A DNA stretch of 64,000 nucleotides from Candidatus Omnitrophota bacterium (lineage in GTDB: Bacteria > Omnitrophota > Gorgyraeia > Pluralincolimonadales > Pluralincolimonadaceae), in assembly GCA_041653595.1 (NCBI GenBank), contig JBAZFB010000007.1, positions 18,527 through 82,526 on the forward strand, in the 5' to 3' direction. Positions 1 to 9,716 of this stretch are shown here, in pieces (position 1 is the stretch's first letter; the number at the start of each line of letters is the position of its first letter). The notes below the pieces were generated by a model. That model did not search any database and was not told where the DNA came from. It saw nothing but the letters and a program-made list of their open reading frames with translations. The position numbers and the translations under genes are program-made.

Positions 1-285
1 CCAGCCAGTAATCGAAATGTATGTCGGCCTCGAGCGGGATGTTTATCTTTTTCATTATTTTGGCGAGGGCGTCACAGCATGAGGCATCTTTTACCGCGGT
101 GCGCACGATATCGCAACCGGCGAGCTCAAGCTCTTTTATCTGCGCGACCGTAGCGGCAACATCCATGGTATCGGTCTTGGCCCCGCTGAGGCGGGATTTT
201 ATCATCGATTGAACTGTTACAGGGCTCGTCCCGCCTATCTTCACCCCGCCTAAGTTTATAGTCCTTGTCTTGCGCCTTATTATTT
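1..285 (-). CDS. ispG: 4-hydroxy-3-methylbut-2-enyl diphosphate synthase IspG/GcpE, N-terminal portion only; the gene continues past the window start
   Basis: Minus-strand translation from ATG at 283-285 gives MKIIRRKTRTINLGGVKIGGTSPVTVQSM...IVRTAVKD...IPLEADIHFDYWL with no stop down to position 1. This matches the conserved IspG N-terminus (RRKTR, VQSM, ADIHFDY). Position downstream of rseP is the conserved dxr-rseP-ispG order. Confidence 0.8.
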
Positions 286-1344
286 TCATTTCCCTATCAT
301 CCTGAATATGTCGCCGTATGTCGCGAAGAGCATCAAAGCGATAAAGAACATCCAGCCCGCCTGCATGGCGATCTCCTGCACCTTCCTGCTGAGAGGCCTG
401 CCCATTATTTTTTCTATGCCGAGGAATAATATCAGCCCCCCGTCGAGCGGCGGGACCGGAAGCACATTGAACATCCCGAGCAAGGCGCTGATGAGGGCGG
501 TCAGCAGAAGGAACGGAACTATGCCGATCTTCGCGGCCGCGTTCATCGTCCCGAAGATGCCTACCGGCCCCATGACATTCTCCTTGAACGGGAGTTTGCC
601 GGTTATCAGGCTCCAGAGGCCCTTATAGGTCATATAGGTGAAATCGATCAGCTTCTTTCCGCCCGCCGCGAACGATCCGAAGAAGCCGTATTTCTGGACG
701 CTGCGCTCGTCGGAGTTCATTATGCCGACCTGGGCGATGCGGACCTTGTTGCCGAAGACATCCTTTGTTTCGCGGATCATGGGCCTGATGAGAAGGTCTA
801 ATTTCTTCCCGGCCCGGTCGATGGCCAGCTTGACGTCGCCTTCGGTCTTCTTATGCATAATACCGGTAAGCTCCTCCCAGTCGCCGACGGCTTTGCCGTC
901 GATGGCCAGGACCCTGTCGCCGACCTGCATTCCCGCCTTCTTGGCCGGGTAATCCTCGACCAACGCGCCTACTTTTGTCGTTATTACCGGATAACCGATC
1001 ATGAACACCGCCGAAAGGAGCACGTAGCCGAGAAGGTAATTGAGGGCAGAGCCCGCGGCAAATACCTTAAACCTGTTGCCTACAGAATGCGATGCCAATT
1101 CTCCTTTATCCCCGGTAAGTTTTTCCGAAGGGTCTTCCCCGAGCAGCTTAACGTATCCGCCGAGCGGCAAAACGCCGAGCCTGTATTCGACCCCGCCCTT
1201 TTTGACGGAAAAGATCGGCGGGCCGAACCCGATCGAGAATGTCTCGACTTTTATCCCGACCCTGCGGGCGACCAGGAAATGCCCCAACTCATGTATGATT
1301 ATCATCACGGAAAACGCGAGTACTACAAGGATCCAGGATAGCAT
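286..1344 (-). CDS. rseP: RIP site-2 zinc metalloprotease RseP (M50 family with PDZ domain)
   Basis: HELGH zinc motif inside the N-terminal TM helix, a central PDZ-like segment, and C-terminal LDGG. Conserved position after dxr. Confidence 0.9.
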   Translation of the reverse strand: MLSWILVVLAFSVMIIIHELGHFLVARRVGIKVETFSIGFGPPIFSVKKGGVEYRLGVLPLGGYVKLLGEDPSEKLTGDKGELASHSVGNRFKVFAAGSALNYLLGYVLLSAVFMIGYPVITTKVGALVEDYPAKKAGMQVGDRVLAIDGKAVGDWEELTGIMHKKTEGDVKLAIDRAGKKLDLLIRPMIRETKDVFGNKVRIAQVGIMNSDERSVQKYGFFGSFAAGGKKLIDFTYMTYKGLWSLITGKLPFKENVMGPVGIFGTMNAAAKIGIVPFLLLTALISALLGMFNVLPVPPLDGGLILFLGIEKIMGRPLSRKVQEIAMQAGWMFFIALMLFATYGDIFRMIGK

Positions 1345-2489
1345 CAGATCAAGCTCCTCGCCTGTTGTCTTGCCCAGGCGTCTATTTGAAGTATCTCATC
1401 GAGCGAAGGATTAGCCTTTGACCTGTGCTTGGCTAAAACTCCCCCGATGATCTTCGGTATCTGTGTGAATTTTATCTTCTTGCCGAGGAACGCCAACACG
1501 GCTTCCTCGTTCGCGGCATTTAACACCGCGGGCTGCGAACCGCCGTTCTTCGCCGCCTCGTATGCCATTTTAAGGCACGGGAACTTTTTGAAGTCCGGCG
1601 GCGAGAACGTGAACTTGCCGAGCTTCACGAAATCGAGCGCCGGGAGCGTCGACTTTACCCTGCGCGGATACGAGAACGCGTACATTATAGGCAGGCGCAT
1701 ATCCGCCTGCGACAACTGCGCCATTATCGACCCGTCGACGAACTCGACCATCGAATGTATTATCGCCTCGGGGTGTATCAGGACGTCTATCTTGCCGACA
1801 TCGACGCCGAAGAGCCATTTCGCCTCGATTATCTCGAGGCCCTTGTTCATCAGCGTCGCCGAATCCACCGATATCTTCTTGCCCATCTTCCAGCGTGGAT
1901 GGTTTACTACCTCATCGGGAGAAAGGGCTTCAAATTTTTTCGCGTCTAAATTCTTTAACGGCCCGCCCGAGCCTGTAAGGTATATCTTCTTTAAGTCTTC
2001 CCTGTTGTGGCCGTTTAAGCACTGGAATATCGCGCTGTGCTCGGAATCGACAGGTATTATCTTCGTGCCGCGCTTCTTCGCGCGCGCGGTTATTATCCCG
2101 CCGGCCATGACGAGCGGCTCTTTGTTCGCGAGCGCGACTGTCCTGACCGAATCTATCGCGTATAATGTCGGCAAGAGCCCTGCCGCGCCGACTATCGAGA
2201 CGAGCGTGATATCCGCGTCCTTATGCCCGGCTAGCTCGTTTATGCCTTCGTAGCCGCCTAATACCCTTATCCCGGTGCCTGATAGGGCCTTCCGGACGCC
2301 GTTTACCTTCGCTTCGTTGCATATCGCGACGGCTTTGGGGCGGAATTTCTTTGCCTGGCGGACGAGGAGGTCGGCGTTGGAATGAGCCGCGAGCCCGGCC
2401 ACCGAGAACTCACGCGGGTGCCTCGCGATGACATCCAGCGCGTTAGCGCCGATAGAGCCCGTTGAACCCAGTATGTTTATCTTTTTCAT
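1344..2489 (-). CDS. dxr: 1-deoxy-D-xylulose 5-phosphate reductoisomerase
   Basis: N-terminal [14 protein letters not shown]-binding motif and Dxr-typical length (381 aa). Lies in the conserved uppS-cdsA-dxr-rseP block. Confidence 0.95.
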   Translation of the reverse strand: MKKINILGSTGSIGANALDVIARHPREFSVAGLAAHSNADLLVRQAKKFRPKAVAICNEAKVNGVRKALSGTGIRVLGGYEGINELAGHKDADITLVSIVGAAGLLPTLYAIDSVRTVALANKEPLVMAGGIITARAKKRGTKIIPVDSEHSAIFQCLNGHNREDLKKIYLTGSGGPLKNLDAKKFEALSPDEVVNHPRWKMGKKISVDSATLMNKGLEIIEAKWLFGVDVGKIDVLIHPEAIIHSMVEFVDGSIMAQLSQADMRLPIMYAFSYPRRVKSTLPALDFVKLGKFTFSPPDFKKFPCLKMAYEAAKNGGSQPAVLNAANEEAVLAFLGKKIKFTQIPKIIGGVLAKHRSKANPSLDEILQIDAWARQQARSLI

Positions 2490-3343
2490 TTGAGGAATTT
2501 AAGGGCGTAAAAATATAAGGTCGGCGCCGTGAACAAAATGCTGTCTATGAGGTCCAGCATCCCGCCCATCCCCGGGATAAGCACCGCCGAATCCTTGACC
2601 TGGCTGTCGCGTTTTATCAATGACTCGGTCAGGTCGCCTACCTGCGCCAACACCCCTAAAATACAGCCCAGGATGAACAGGTGATGCAGCGGGATAGACG
2701 GCAGGAACGACTTGCTTATCAGGGCGGCGGCCACGCTGCATACGAATCCGCCTATCGCCCCCTCGACGGATTTCTTCGGGCTTATCCTCGCTATGAGGCT
2801 GTGCTTGCCGAAATACGTCCCGACAAAATAAGCGCCTATATCGCCGATCTTCGTGACCAGGAGCAGGAACGCCACCAGCAGGCTCCCGGCCGGCAGGCCG
2901 TCAGGCTCTATGAGTTTCAACTTCAAGAGGAAACTGAACGTCCAGCTGATATAAAGAATGCCGAATATCATCGTCGAGACGCCGACTATCGCCTGGTCGC
3001 TCTCCCTGCGGGTGAACTGCAGGATGAATATGATGAGGAGTACGGCGATGATGAAAAGCAGTTCCCACCCTTTCGTGGGCTCGAAGGTGAAGTATATCGA
3101 CGTCGGGACGAGGATGGCTATCGAGATCCCGCTTATCTTGAATATCGGTATCCCCTTCTTCTCGACGAGCGAATAGAACTCGTTGAGCGCCGCCGCTATC
3201 ATGACGGTAAGGACCAGGCAGAAGAACCAGTCCGGCCAGACGAGGACGGTAAAGAACACGAATAAAATTATGAGGACCGAGCTTATCAGCCGCGGTATAA
3301 GGTTGTTATGGCTATTGCGGTTGTCATCCGCCTGTCCCGTCAT
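2486..3343 (-). CDS. cdsA: phosphatidate cytidylyltransferase CdsA
   Basis: Polytopic membrane protein with the C-terminal CTP-transferase signature ([10 protein letters not shown]...). The track ORF extends to 3460, but the ATG at 3343 overlaps the uppS stop (ATGA) and gives a normal-length CdsA. Confidence 0.85.
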   Translation of the reverse strand: MTGQADDNRNSHNNLIPRLISSVLIILFVFFTVLVWPDWFFCLVLTVMIAAALNEFYSLVEKKGIPIFKISGISIAILVPTSIYFTFEPTKGWELLFIIAVLLIIFILQFTRRESDQAIVGVSTMIFGILYISWTFSFLLKLKLIEPDGLPAGSLLVAFLLLVTKIGDIGAYFVGTYFGKHSLIARISPKKSVEGAIGGFVCSVAAALISKSFLPSIPLHHLFILGCILGVLAQVGDLTESLIKRDSQVKDSAVLIPGMGGMLDLIDSILFTAPTLYFYALKFLK

Positions 3344-4047
3344 GCCCCGAACCTTCTTTCGCGTTTCCTGTATTCCTTTATGGCGTCCATGAGGTCGTCC
3401 TTCCTGAAATCCGGCCAGAGTTTCGGCGTCACGTATAATTCCGCGTAAGATATCTGCCACAAAAGGAAATTTGATATCCGCATTTCGCCCGAGGTGCGGA
3501 TCAGCAGGTCCGGGTCGGGCTGGCCGGCGGTATACAGGAACCCGCCGAATGAATCCTCGTCGAGATCGTCGACGCCGAGCTTGCCGGCCTTTACCTGCGA
3601 GGCGAACCTCTTAGCCGCGTCCACGATCTCACCCCTGCCGCTGTAATTGAGCGCGACGTTGAGCGTCATTTTTCCGCAATCGGCGGTCGCTTCCATCGCC
3701 TTTTTTAATTTAGGCCGCACGAAATCCGGCAGGGCGCCCATCCTGCCGATAAAATTAAGCCTTATGCCGTTCTTTAAAAAAGACTGTAATTCCTTGTCTA
3801 TATATTCGTTAAGGAAGCGCATGAGCGCGTCGACTTCCGCTTTAGGGCGTTTCCAGTTCTCCGAGGAGAACGCGTAGAGCGTAAGGTGTTTTATGCCCAG
3901 TTCGCGGCACGACTTAATGACTTCCCTGACGGCCTTCATCCCGGCGCGGTGGCCCATTACTCGCGGCAGCCCGCGCTTTTTGGCCCACCTGCCGTTCCCG
4001 TCCATTATGACGGCGATATGCAAAGGAAGAACGTCTTTATCGGGCAT
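3340..4047 (-). CDS. uppS: undecaprenyl diphosphate synthase (cis-prenyltransferase)
   Basis: HIAVIMDGNGRWA motif, ~235 aa, upstream of cdsA. Confidence 0.95.
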   Translation of the reverse strand: MPDKDVLPLHIAVIMDGNGRWAKKRGLPRVMGHRAGMKAVREVIKSCRELGIKHLTLYAFSSENWKRPKAEVDALMRFLNEYIDKELQSFLKNGIRLNFIGRMGALPDFVRPKLKKAMEATADCGKMTLNVALNYSGRGEIVDAAKRFASQVKAGKLGVDDLDEDSFGGFLYTAGQPDPDLLIRTSGEMRISNFLLWQISYAELYVTPKLWPDFRKDDLMDAIKEYRKRERRFGA

Positions 4048-4049
4048 CT

Positions 4050-5630
4050 TTAGGTATGGACTCTATAGTCTATCTCCGGAAAGATATTATCCTTCCATTC
4101 GATATCGGCGAGCCATCCTTCGTTGATGCGGTCCGCCTTTATATCATCATAGAGCCGGGTAAATCTCAATATATGGTCTTTGGTCCTCTTGACGGCGTAC
4201 TGGACGACCGTGCCGGTCTTCATTATGAACGCCCAGTCGCTCGACTGCGCGAGCAGTAGTTCGCGCAGCGCCTGGTTGAGGGCGCGGCGCTGCAGGCCTG
4301 TCGCGTCCTTATAAGTATCGGCCAATTCCGTCATGCGGTCCGAGGCCTTATGCAGGTGCCTGTATATCCAATCGTTGGAGCCGTCGAGCCAGTGCTCGGC
4401 GTATCCCTTATAGCCCCAGCTCGACAACGACGGGGTCGAGACCTGGTTGCGGGGGTTCTGCTCGAGGTATTCCGAAGGCGTTATGGGCTTGACGGTCTTC
4501 TGGTCGTAATGCAGTTTCCTGAAAAGGAAATCGAGGAACATCGGCCCCTCGTACCACCAGTGGCCGTAGAGTTCGGCGTCGTAAGGGGCCACGATGATCG
4601 GCTTCTTCCCCATCACGTCGAAGAGGTACTCCGCCTGCTTCTCCCTGTTGTGCATGAAATTCCCGGCGTGCGCGCCTGCCGAGTCGCGGGCCCAGTCGGG
4701 ATTATACGGTTCCTTCTGGTCGGTCTTGCCTGTTATCCTGTAATATTTTATGCCCGTGTTTATGCGTATGCCGGCCTCGTGGATGTAGGGCTTTATGTAG
4801 TCGAAGTCGAGGTCGAAACCGATATCGCGGTAGAAATCGCGGTAATTAAAATCGCCGGGATAGCCCTCGATGGAGCTCCAGACCTGTTTTGACGACTCGA
4901 AATCCCTGCCGAAGGCGGCGACGCCTGACTTGCAGAATATCGGCGCGTAGACGCCGTATTTCGGGCGCGGGCTGGCGTGGAGTATCGCGTGCGTATCTAC
5001 GAAGAAATACCTTATTCCGGCTTCTTTCACGTGCCGGTCGACGCCGGGGTAATATCCGCATTCGGCGAGCCACGTGCCGCGCGGGCGCCTGCCGAAAAAC
5101 CTTTCGTAATTATTCGCGCCGACCTGGACCTGCGCCTGGACCGATTTCGGGTTCACTTCCATAAGCGGCAGGAAGCCGTGCGTGGCGTTGCAGGTTATGA
5201 TCTCGAGCTTGCCCATATCCTGGAATTCCTTGAAAGCGGCGAGGATGTTCTTGTGGTATTTGTCGACGAATATCTGCCGCGTCTCGATGAATTTTGCCTG
5301 GTACATCAGGGCGAGCCGGTTGAAGGCGGGTTCCCATCTCGTGCGTTCTACTTCTTTGGCGGAGAGTTCGATGAGGGATTCGAGGTGCCTCACGTACCTG
5401 TCCTGCAGGAGCGGGTCGGCGAGCATCGAACAGAGCGTCGGCGTGATAGACATCGTTATGCGGAAATCCACGCCGTCTTTGACCAACCCGTTATAGACGC
5501 TGATTAGCGGGATGTAGGTCTCGGTTATCGCCTCGTAAAGCCAGTCCTCCTCGAGGAAGTCCTCGTACTCCGGATGCCGTACATAAGGAAGATGGCTGTG
5601 CAGGACTATACAGAGATAGCCTTTTTCCAT
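4050..5630 (-). CDS. glycoside hydrolase family 57 protein, 1,4-alpha-glucan branching enzyme type
   Basis: N-terminus GYLCIVLHSHLPYVRHPE is the GH57 branching-enzyme signature (HxHLP). 526 aa with a C-terminal helical domain, consistent with GH57 GlgB-like enzymes. Confidence 0.85.
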   Translation of the reverse strand: MEKGYLCIVLHSHLPYVRHPEYEDFLEEDWLYEAITETYIPLISVYNGLVKDGVDFRITMSITPTLCSMLADPLLQDRYVRHLESLIELSAKEVERTRWEPAFNRLALMYQAKFIETRQIFVDKYHKNILAAFKEFQDMGKLEIITCNATHGFLPLMEVNPKSVQAQVQVGANNYERFFGRRPRGTWLAECGYYPGVDRHVKEAGIRYFFVDTHAILHASPRPKYGVYAPIFCKSGVAAFGRDFESSKQVWSSIEGYPGDFNYRDFYRDIGFDLDFDYIKPYIHEAGIRINTGIKYYRITGKTDQKEPYNPDWARDSAGAHAGNFMHNREKQAEYLFDVMGKKPIIVAPYDAELYGHWWYEGPMFLDFLFRKLHYDQKTVKPITPSEYLEQNPRNQVSTPSLSSWGYKGYAEHWLDGSNDWIYRHLHKASDRMTELADTYKDATGLQRRALNQALRELLLAQSSDWAFIMKTGTVVQYAVKRTKDHILRFTRLYDDIKADRINEGWLADIEWKDNIFPEIDYRVHT

Positions 5631-6668
5631 TTATTTTGTGTATTTCTTGACTATGGGCGTTATCGTGCGCTCTTCCGCCTTGTCGTGCGAGACACCCTTT
5701 ACCGGTATCACCTGCTCCCCGTCGGGAAGCGCGAAACGCAGGGAAAACGACCCGTCCCGGTTGAGCTTTATGGGCCTGCCCTGGACTGTGACCGTCGCGT
5801 CCGGCTCGGTCGCGCCGTATACTATCAGCTCTGTGTTGACGACCATCCAGAAGCCGCGGAATTTCTCCGGGCGGACGAACGAGCTGATGCCGCCGGAGGC
5901 GAGCGCCTGCTGGAGTCGTTCCTTCATTATCTTTTTTATCTGGGCCTTGCCCGGCGACGCGCCGGCGAACCCGCCCCAGAGGCCGTAGAGCTTCAGGAAC
6001 TGCTCCTCGATCGACATCCACTCTTCGTCGATGACGTCCGAGGCGTTGTCGCGCGGCGTGGAGACGATATTCGAGCGGGCTATGAGTATGAACTTCCCGC
6101 TCGATGTAATGACGCCCAGGTCCACGCACCAGGACCTGTCCGCCTCGCCGACGTTGATGTACCAGTTGACCGCGGCCGAATTGATGTCTATATCAAAAAA
6201 CCTGTTGGCGTTCAAGCCGTTAAAATCCTTGCCGGTGACATCATAGACGCGCAGGACCTTCCTTAGGTTGTCCCAAGATGCGCTTGCCTCGCGCTCTATC
6301 TGCATGCGCCTTTCGTCGCCGACCTCCCAATAAGCGAATATCCAATGGGGGTCCCTCGTCATCACGACGATGCGCGTATCGCCGTATTTTGACGGCAGCT
6401 CCTCATGCTCCCATTGCCGCGGAGGCAGATACGGCGTTGGGCGCGGATAATATTTTGATTCCTCGGCCCTGTCGCGGCCCAATTCGACCCTTTGGGCCAC
6501 GCCCGCAGTTATTTTCCTGACGGCGCGCGCTTTTCTGGCCTTTTTTAAGACGGGTCTGGCTTTCTTTCTCGCGGCCTTCACCGTTTTTTTCGTCTTTTTC
6601 ACTATCTTTTTGACGGCCCTGGTTTTGGCCTTTGCCCTTTTCTTCATGAAAATCCGCCTCCCTTCCAA
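5631..6668 (-). CDS. DUF4912-family protein with a lysine/arginine-rich N-terminal tail
   Basis: The first ~55 aa are K/R/A-rich (KKRAKAKTRAVKKIVKKTKKTVKAARKKARPVLKKARKARAV). A conserved block follows (YGDTRIVVMTRDPHWIFAYWEV) that I recognise as the DUF4912 core. That family often sits next to GH57 genes. Confidence 0.6.
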   Translation of the reverse strand: MEGRRIFMKKRAKAKTRAVKKIVKKTKKTVKAARKKARPVLKKARKARAVRKITAGVAQRVELGRDRAEESKYYPRPTPYLPPRQWEHEELPSKYGDTRIVVMTRDPHWIFAYWEVGDERRMQIEREASASWDNLRKVLRVYDVTGKDFNGLNANRFFDIDINSAAVNWYINVGEADRSWCVDLGVITSSGKFILIARSNIVSTPRDNASDVIDEEWMSIEEQFLKLYGLWGGFAGASPGKAQIKKIMKERLQQALASGGISSFVRPEKFRGFWMVVNTELIVYGATEPDATVTVQGRPIKLNRDGSFSLRFALPDGEQVIPVKGVSHDKAEERTITPIVKKYTK

Positions 6669-6674
6669 TAATCA

Positions 6675-6709
6675 AACGTCGTCCCCGGATGATGAGGACG
6701 ACGTTTTTT
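6675..6709. terminator. GC-rich hairpin (10-bp stem AACGTCGTCC/GGACGACGTT, 11-nt loop) flanked by an A-run and a T-run; factor-independent terminator-like element between the OmpA-like gene and the DUF4912 gene
   Basis: Perfect inverted repeat seen directly. T6 follows the stem on the plus strand. On the transcribed minus strand the stem is followed by UUUGAUUAUU. Lies in a 64-bp intergenic gap. Confidence 0.45.
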
Positions 6710-6732
6710 CGCTTCCGCTATCTAAAGCCGTC

Positions 6733-7407
6733 CTATTTAGTGTATTCCGACTCCTTCTCGTGTTCCTTTAGGAATTCGGATTCCGCTTTCGACATCCTGG
6801 GCAGTATTATTATCTCTACCCTTCTGTTCTTCTGCCTGCCTTCGATTGTATCGTTGGAGGCCACGGGGCGGTATTCGCCGTAACCGGTAGCCTGCAATTT
6901 CTTGGGCGCGATGCCCTTCTCCTCCAGATAATGGAGGACTGACGTCGCCCGCGCCGTAGAGAGTTCCCAGTTCGATTTCCAGCCGGATTTCTTTATCGGC
7001 TCGTTATCGGTGTGGCCCTCTACCGCGATGTTCCTGTCCGGGGCCTTATCGGTTATCACCTTCGCGACCTTATCCAGCACTTCATGCGCAGGCGTCTTTA
7101 CCTTCGCCTTGCCGGAATCGAAGAGCACTTCGGCGAGGAACGTCACGACGAGGCCGCGTTCGCTCATCTCCACGCTGACGCCTTGTTCGCCCTTCAATCT
7201 CCTCTCGAGCTCGGCCCTGGCCGACTCAAGTTCCCTGTTCTCCTGGTCCCTCAATAATTTGAGGCGCTCGACCTCAGCCTTGAGGTCCTCTATCTTCCGC
7301 ATATCGTTGGGGCTGCGCTTGTAGAAACCTACCGCGCAACCGGAGGCCGCAAAGACCGCGGCCAATAATAACGCGACGACGCCTAATCTGGATATCTTAA
7401 ACATCAC
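6733..7407 (-). CDS. OmpA-family lipoprotein with an N-terminal coiled-coil spacer and a C-terminal OmpA/MotB peptidoglycan-binding domain
   Basis: Lipobox (LAAVFAASGC). A heptad-like charged segment LKAEVERLKLLRDQENRELESARAELERRLKGE. C-terminal OmpA_C motif (GHTDNEP...NWELSTARA). Confidence 0.8.
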   Translation of the reverse strand: MMFKISRLGVVALLLAAVFAASGCAVGFYKRSPNDMRKIEDLKAEVERLKLLRDQENRELESARAELERRLKGEQGVSVEMSERGLVVTFLAEVLFDSGKAKVKTPAHEVLDKVAKVITDKAPDRNIAVEGHTDNEPIKKSGWKSNWELSTARATSVLHYLEEKGIAPKKLQATGYGEYRPVASNDTIEGRQKNRRVEIIILPRMSKAESEFLKEHEKESEYTK

Positions 7408-7904
7408 TTGCCTCCTTTTTTCGGTGTAGCCTTATCGAAATTGGTAACCGGGGCCGCCTCGTTCTCCGTGGTTCCGGCCGGTAAAATATATGTGCTTAGT
7501 TTCGCCCATGTCTTCGCGCCGACTTTGCCGTCTGCCTTAAGGCCGTTCGCGGCCTGGAATTCCTTTATAGCTTTCTTGGATTTGGCGCCTAATTTCCCGT
7601 CAATCGCGCCGGGATCGTACCCTGCGTTTTTAAGGGCGGCCTGTATCTGCCTGTTCTTTGTAGCTTCATCGGGAGCCAATTTGATGCCGGCTTCCTGGGG
7701 CTTGTTCTCTTTCATCTCTTCGGTTATAGGGGGATTGGGCTCGAGCTGTTCGGGTTTTACGAGTTCTATCTCCGGCTGCGAGGTGCCGAGCGACGCGGGC
7801 TGCTGTTCTGCGGGTTTTACTTTCCTGCCCATCGCCAGTACGACGCTGGACAACAGAAATATCGATATCACGGCCACCAAGGCTACCACAGCTCTTCTTG
7901 ACAT
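7404..7904 (-). CDS. membrane-anchored putative peptidoglycan-binding protein (PG_binding_1-like domain)
   Basis: N-terminal TM anchor, low-complexity linker, then IQAALKNAGYDPGAIDGKLGAKSKKAIKEFQAANGLKADGKVGAKTW, which resembles the PG_binding_1 repeat. Confidence 0.6.
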   Translation of the reverse strand: MSRRAVVALVAVISIFLLSSVVLAMGRKVKPAEQQPASLGTSQPEIELVKPEQLEPNPPITEEMKENKPQEAGIKLAPDEATKNRQIQAALKNAGYDPGAIDGKLGAKSKKAIKEFQAANGLKADGKVGAKTWAKLSTYILPAGTTENEAAPVTNFDKATPKKGGK

Positions 7905-7916
7905 GCCCTATCTCCT

Positions 7917-8699
7917 TTAGTTGTTAGGCCCCTTTGCGGGTACCAGACTTTGTTTTATATTTTTCGACGGAACAAAACACGTAAGGTCCCAGTTCGCCTT
8001 TCCGCCGTAGACCGCGAATGAAATACCTGTTATCCTGGCGCCGTTGAGATCGAGGTCTTCCGGGTCGATCGTCCATTTTTCCCACTTGCCCGGCTCCGGT
8101 AAAGTACCGTCATATATCACCGGCTCGTCCTCGTTGAATACGAATACCTCTTCCTCTCCCTCGCGGTAGAGGCCGATCTCGCCTTCCCTGTCCTCCGCCT
8201 CGAACCTGAACGTCAACATTATCCCGGACGGGGGATCCTTGGGATCGAGATACACATATTGTTCCAGTACATAGCCGTCAGGGACGTCGACCGGGGCGGA
8301 CCTGTAAGAATGCTCGGCCAAACCTTTTGCCGCCGGCTGCGTGTGGGACTTTTCACCGCTGTATTTTACCGCAGTATCCCAATCCCATGTCCCCTGGGTC
8401 ACCGCTCCGGCGGGAAGAAAATCGTCGAAGATGACCGTTACTTCTTCTTCTACGGGTCTCGCCTGCGGAAACTCGGCCGGCTTCTCAGGCTGCGGTGCCG
8501 CCGGTGTTGCAGGGGGCGGCACAGGCGCCTCTGCGGCCGGCGACGTCGACGATGTCGCGGCCAAGGGCGCAGCAGTCATTGCCTTATCTTCAGGATTTGC
8601 CGAATTGAAAAAAGAAATCAAAGTGAGGGCTAAAACCGCTGAATAGAAAGGCCTCCGCACCGGAGCAACTCCTTTTTTTATCTTATCAAAAAAGCGCAT
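7917..8699 (-). CDS. hypothetical secreted/anchored protein with a Pro/Ala-rich linker and an acidic C-terminal domain
   Basis: Signal-anchor-like N-terminus, APVPPPATPAAPQPEKPAEFP linker, and a ~180 aa domain with no motif I recognise. Minus-strand ORF with coding-like composition, co-oriented with its neighbours. Confidence 0.5.
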   Translation of the reverse strand: MRFFDKIKKGVAPVRRPFYSAVLALTLISFFNSANPEDKAMTAAPLAATSSTSPAAEAPVPPPATPAAPQPEKPAEFPQARPVEEEVTVIFDDFLPAGAVTQGTWDWDTAVKYSGEKSHTQPAAKGLAEHSYRSAPVDVPDGYVLEQYVYLDPKDPPSGIMLTFRFEAEDREGEIGLYREGEEEVFVFNEDEPVIYDGTLPEPGKWEKWTIDPEDLDLNGARITGISFAVYGGKANWDLTCFVPSKNIKQSLVPAKGPNN

Positions 8700-8708
8700 C
8701 TATGTCAA

Positions 8709-9716
8709 TTAAAAGCGGGTTCTTACCAGGTGTATAACGTAATAAGTCAACGCCGATATCGCCGCAGAGCAGGGAATGGTCAGTATCCATGCCCAAATTA
8801 TCTGGCCCGCCACGCCCCATTTGACCGCGCTCAACCTTTTGAGCGAACCGACACCCATTATAGCGCCGGTGATGGTGTGCGTCGTGCTCACCGGGATGCC
8901 GAACGCCGAAGACATGAATAACGTCGCCGCGGCGCCTGACTCGGCGCAAAAACCGTCGACCGGCTTGAGTTTCGAAACCTTCTGGCCCATCGTCTTGACG
9001 ATACGCCACCCGCCGAACATCGTGCCGAGAGCGATAGCCGCATGGCACGTCAGCACTATCCAAAGAGGGATATGGAATTTTGGCCCCAGGTAACCCGCGC
9101 TAAAGAGGAGGCTGGCGATAATGCCCATCGTCTTCTGCGCGTCATTGCCGCCGTGGCCCAAACTATAAAGCGCCGCTGATACAAGCTGCCCCTTCCTGAA
9201 AATATGGTCTACCCTTGTCGGTGAGCTCCTGCTAAAGAGCCAGTAGACCGCCACGCCGAAGGCCAACCCCAGGAAAAACCCGAGTATCGGCGAAACAAAA
9301 ATAAAAGTCACCGTCTTAATAATACCTTTCCATACGAGCGCGCCGGTGCCGGCTTTTACCAATGCCGAGCCGACCAATCCTCCGATAAGCGCGTGCGAAG
9401 AACTTGTCGGGAGCCCGAAATACCATGTGATGATATTCCAGCCGCAGGCGCCCACGAGTGTCCCGAAAATGATCGTCTTGTCTATGATCGCGATATCGAT
9501 TATCCCCTTGCCGATCGTGTTGGCGACGTGCAGGCCGAAGAAGAGGAACGCGATGAAATTAAAGAACGCCGCCCACATTACCGCGAAACGCGGGGAAAGC
9601 ACTCTCGTTGAGACGACCGTTGCTATCGAATTCGCGGAATCGTGGAAACCGTTCAGAAAATCAAAGATCAGCGCGAAAGCGATCACCGGTATTATAAGCA
9701 GGAGCCCATCATGCAT
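8709..9716 (-). CDS. pit: inorganic phosphate transporter, PiT (PHO4) family
   Basis: Duplicated GFHDSAN / GxNDAQK motifs (FLNGFHDSANSIAT ... HGGNDAQKTMGII) and polytopic topology. Confidence 0.9.
   Translation of the reverse strand: MHDGLLLIIPVIAFALIFDFLNGFHDSANSIATVVSTRVLSPRFAVMWAAFFNFIAFLFFGLHVANTIGKGIIDIAIIDKTIIFGTLVGACGWNIITWYFGLPTSSSHALIGGLVGSALVKAGTGALVWKGIIKTVTFIFVSPILGFFLGLAFGVAVYWLFSRSSPTRVDHIFRKGQLVSAALYSLGHGGNDAQKTMGIIASLLFSAGYLGPKFHIPLWIVLTCHAAIALGTMFGGWRIVKTMGQKVSKLKPVDGFCAESGAAATLFMSSAFGIPVSTTHTITGAIMGVGSLKRLSAVKWGVAGQIIWAWILTIPCSAAISALTYYVIHLVRTRF

Noticed and set aside
2486-3460. Track ORF for cdsA extending 39 codons upstream into uppS
   Set aside because: The extension overlaps the uppS C-terminus. 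The ATG at 3343 overlaps the uppS stop (ATGA) and yields a normal CdsA length. The longer version is a non-ATG start artefact.
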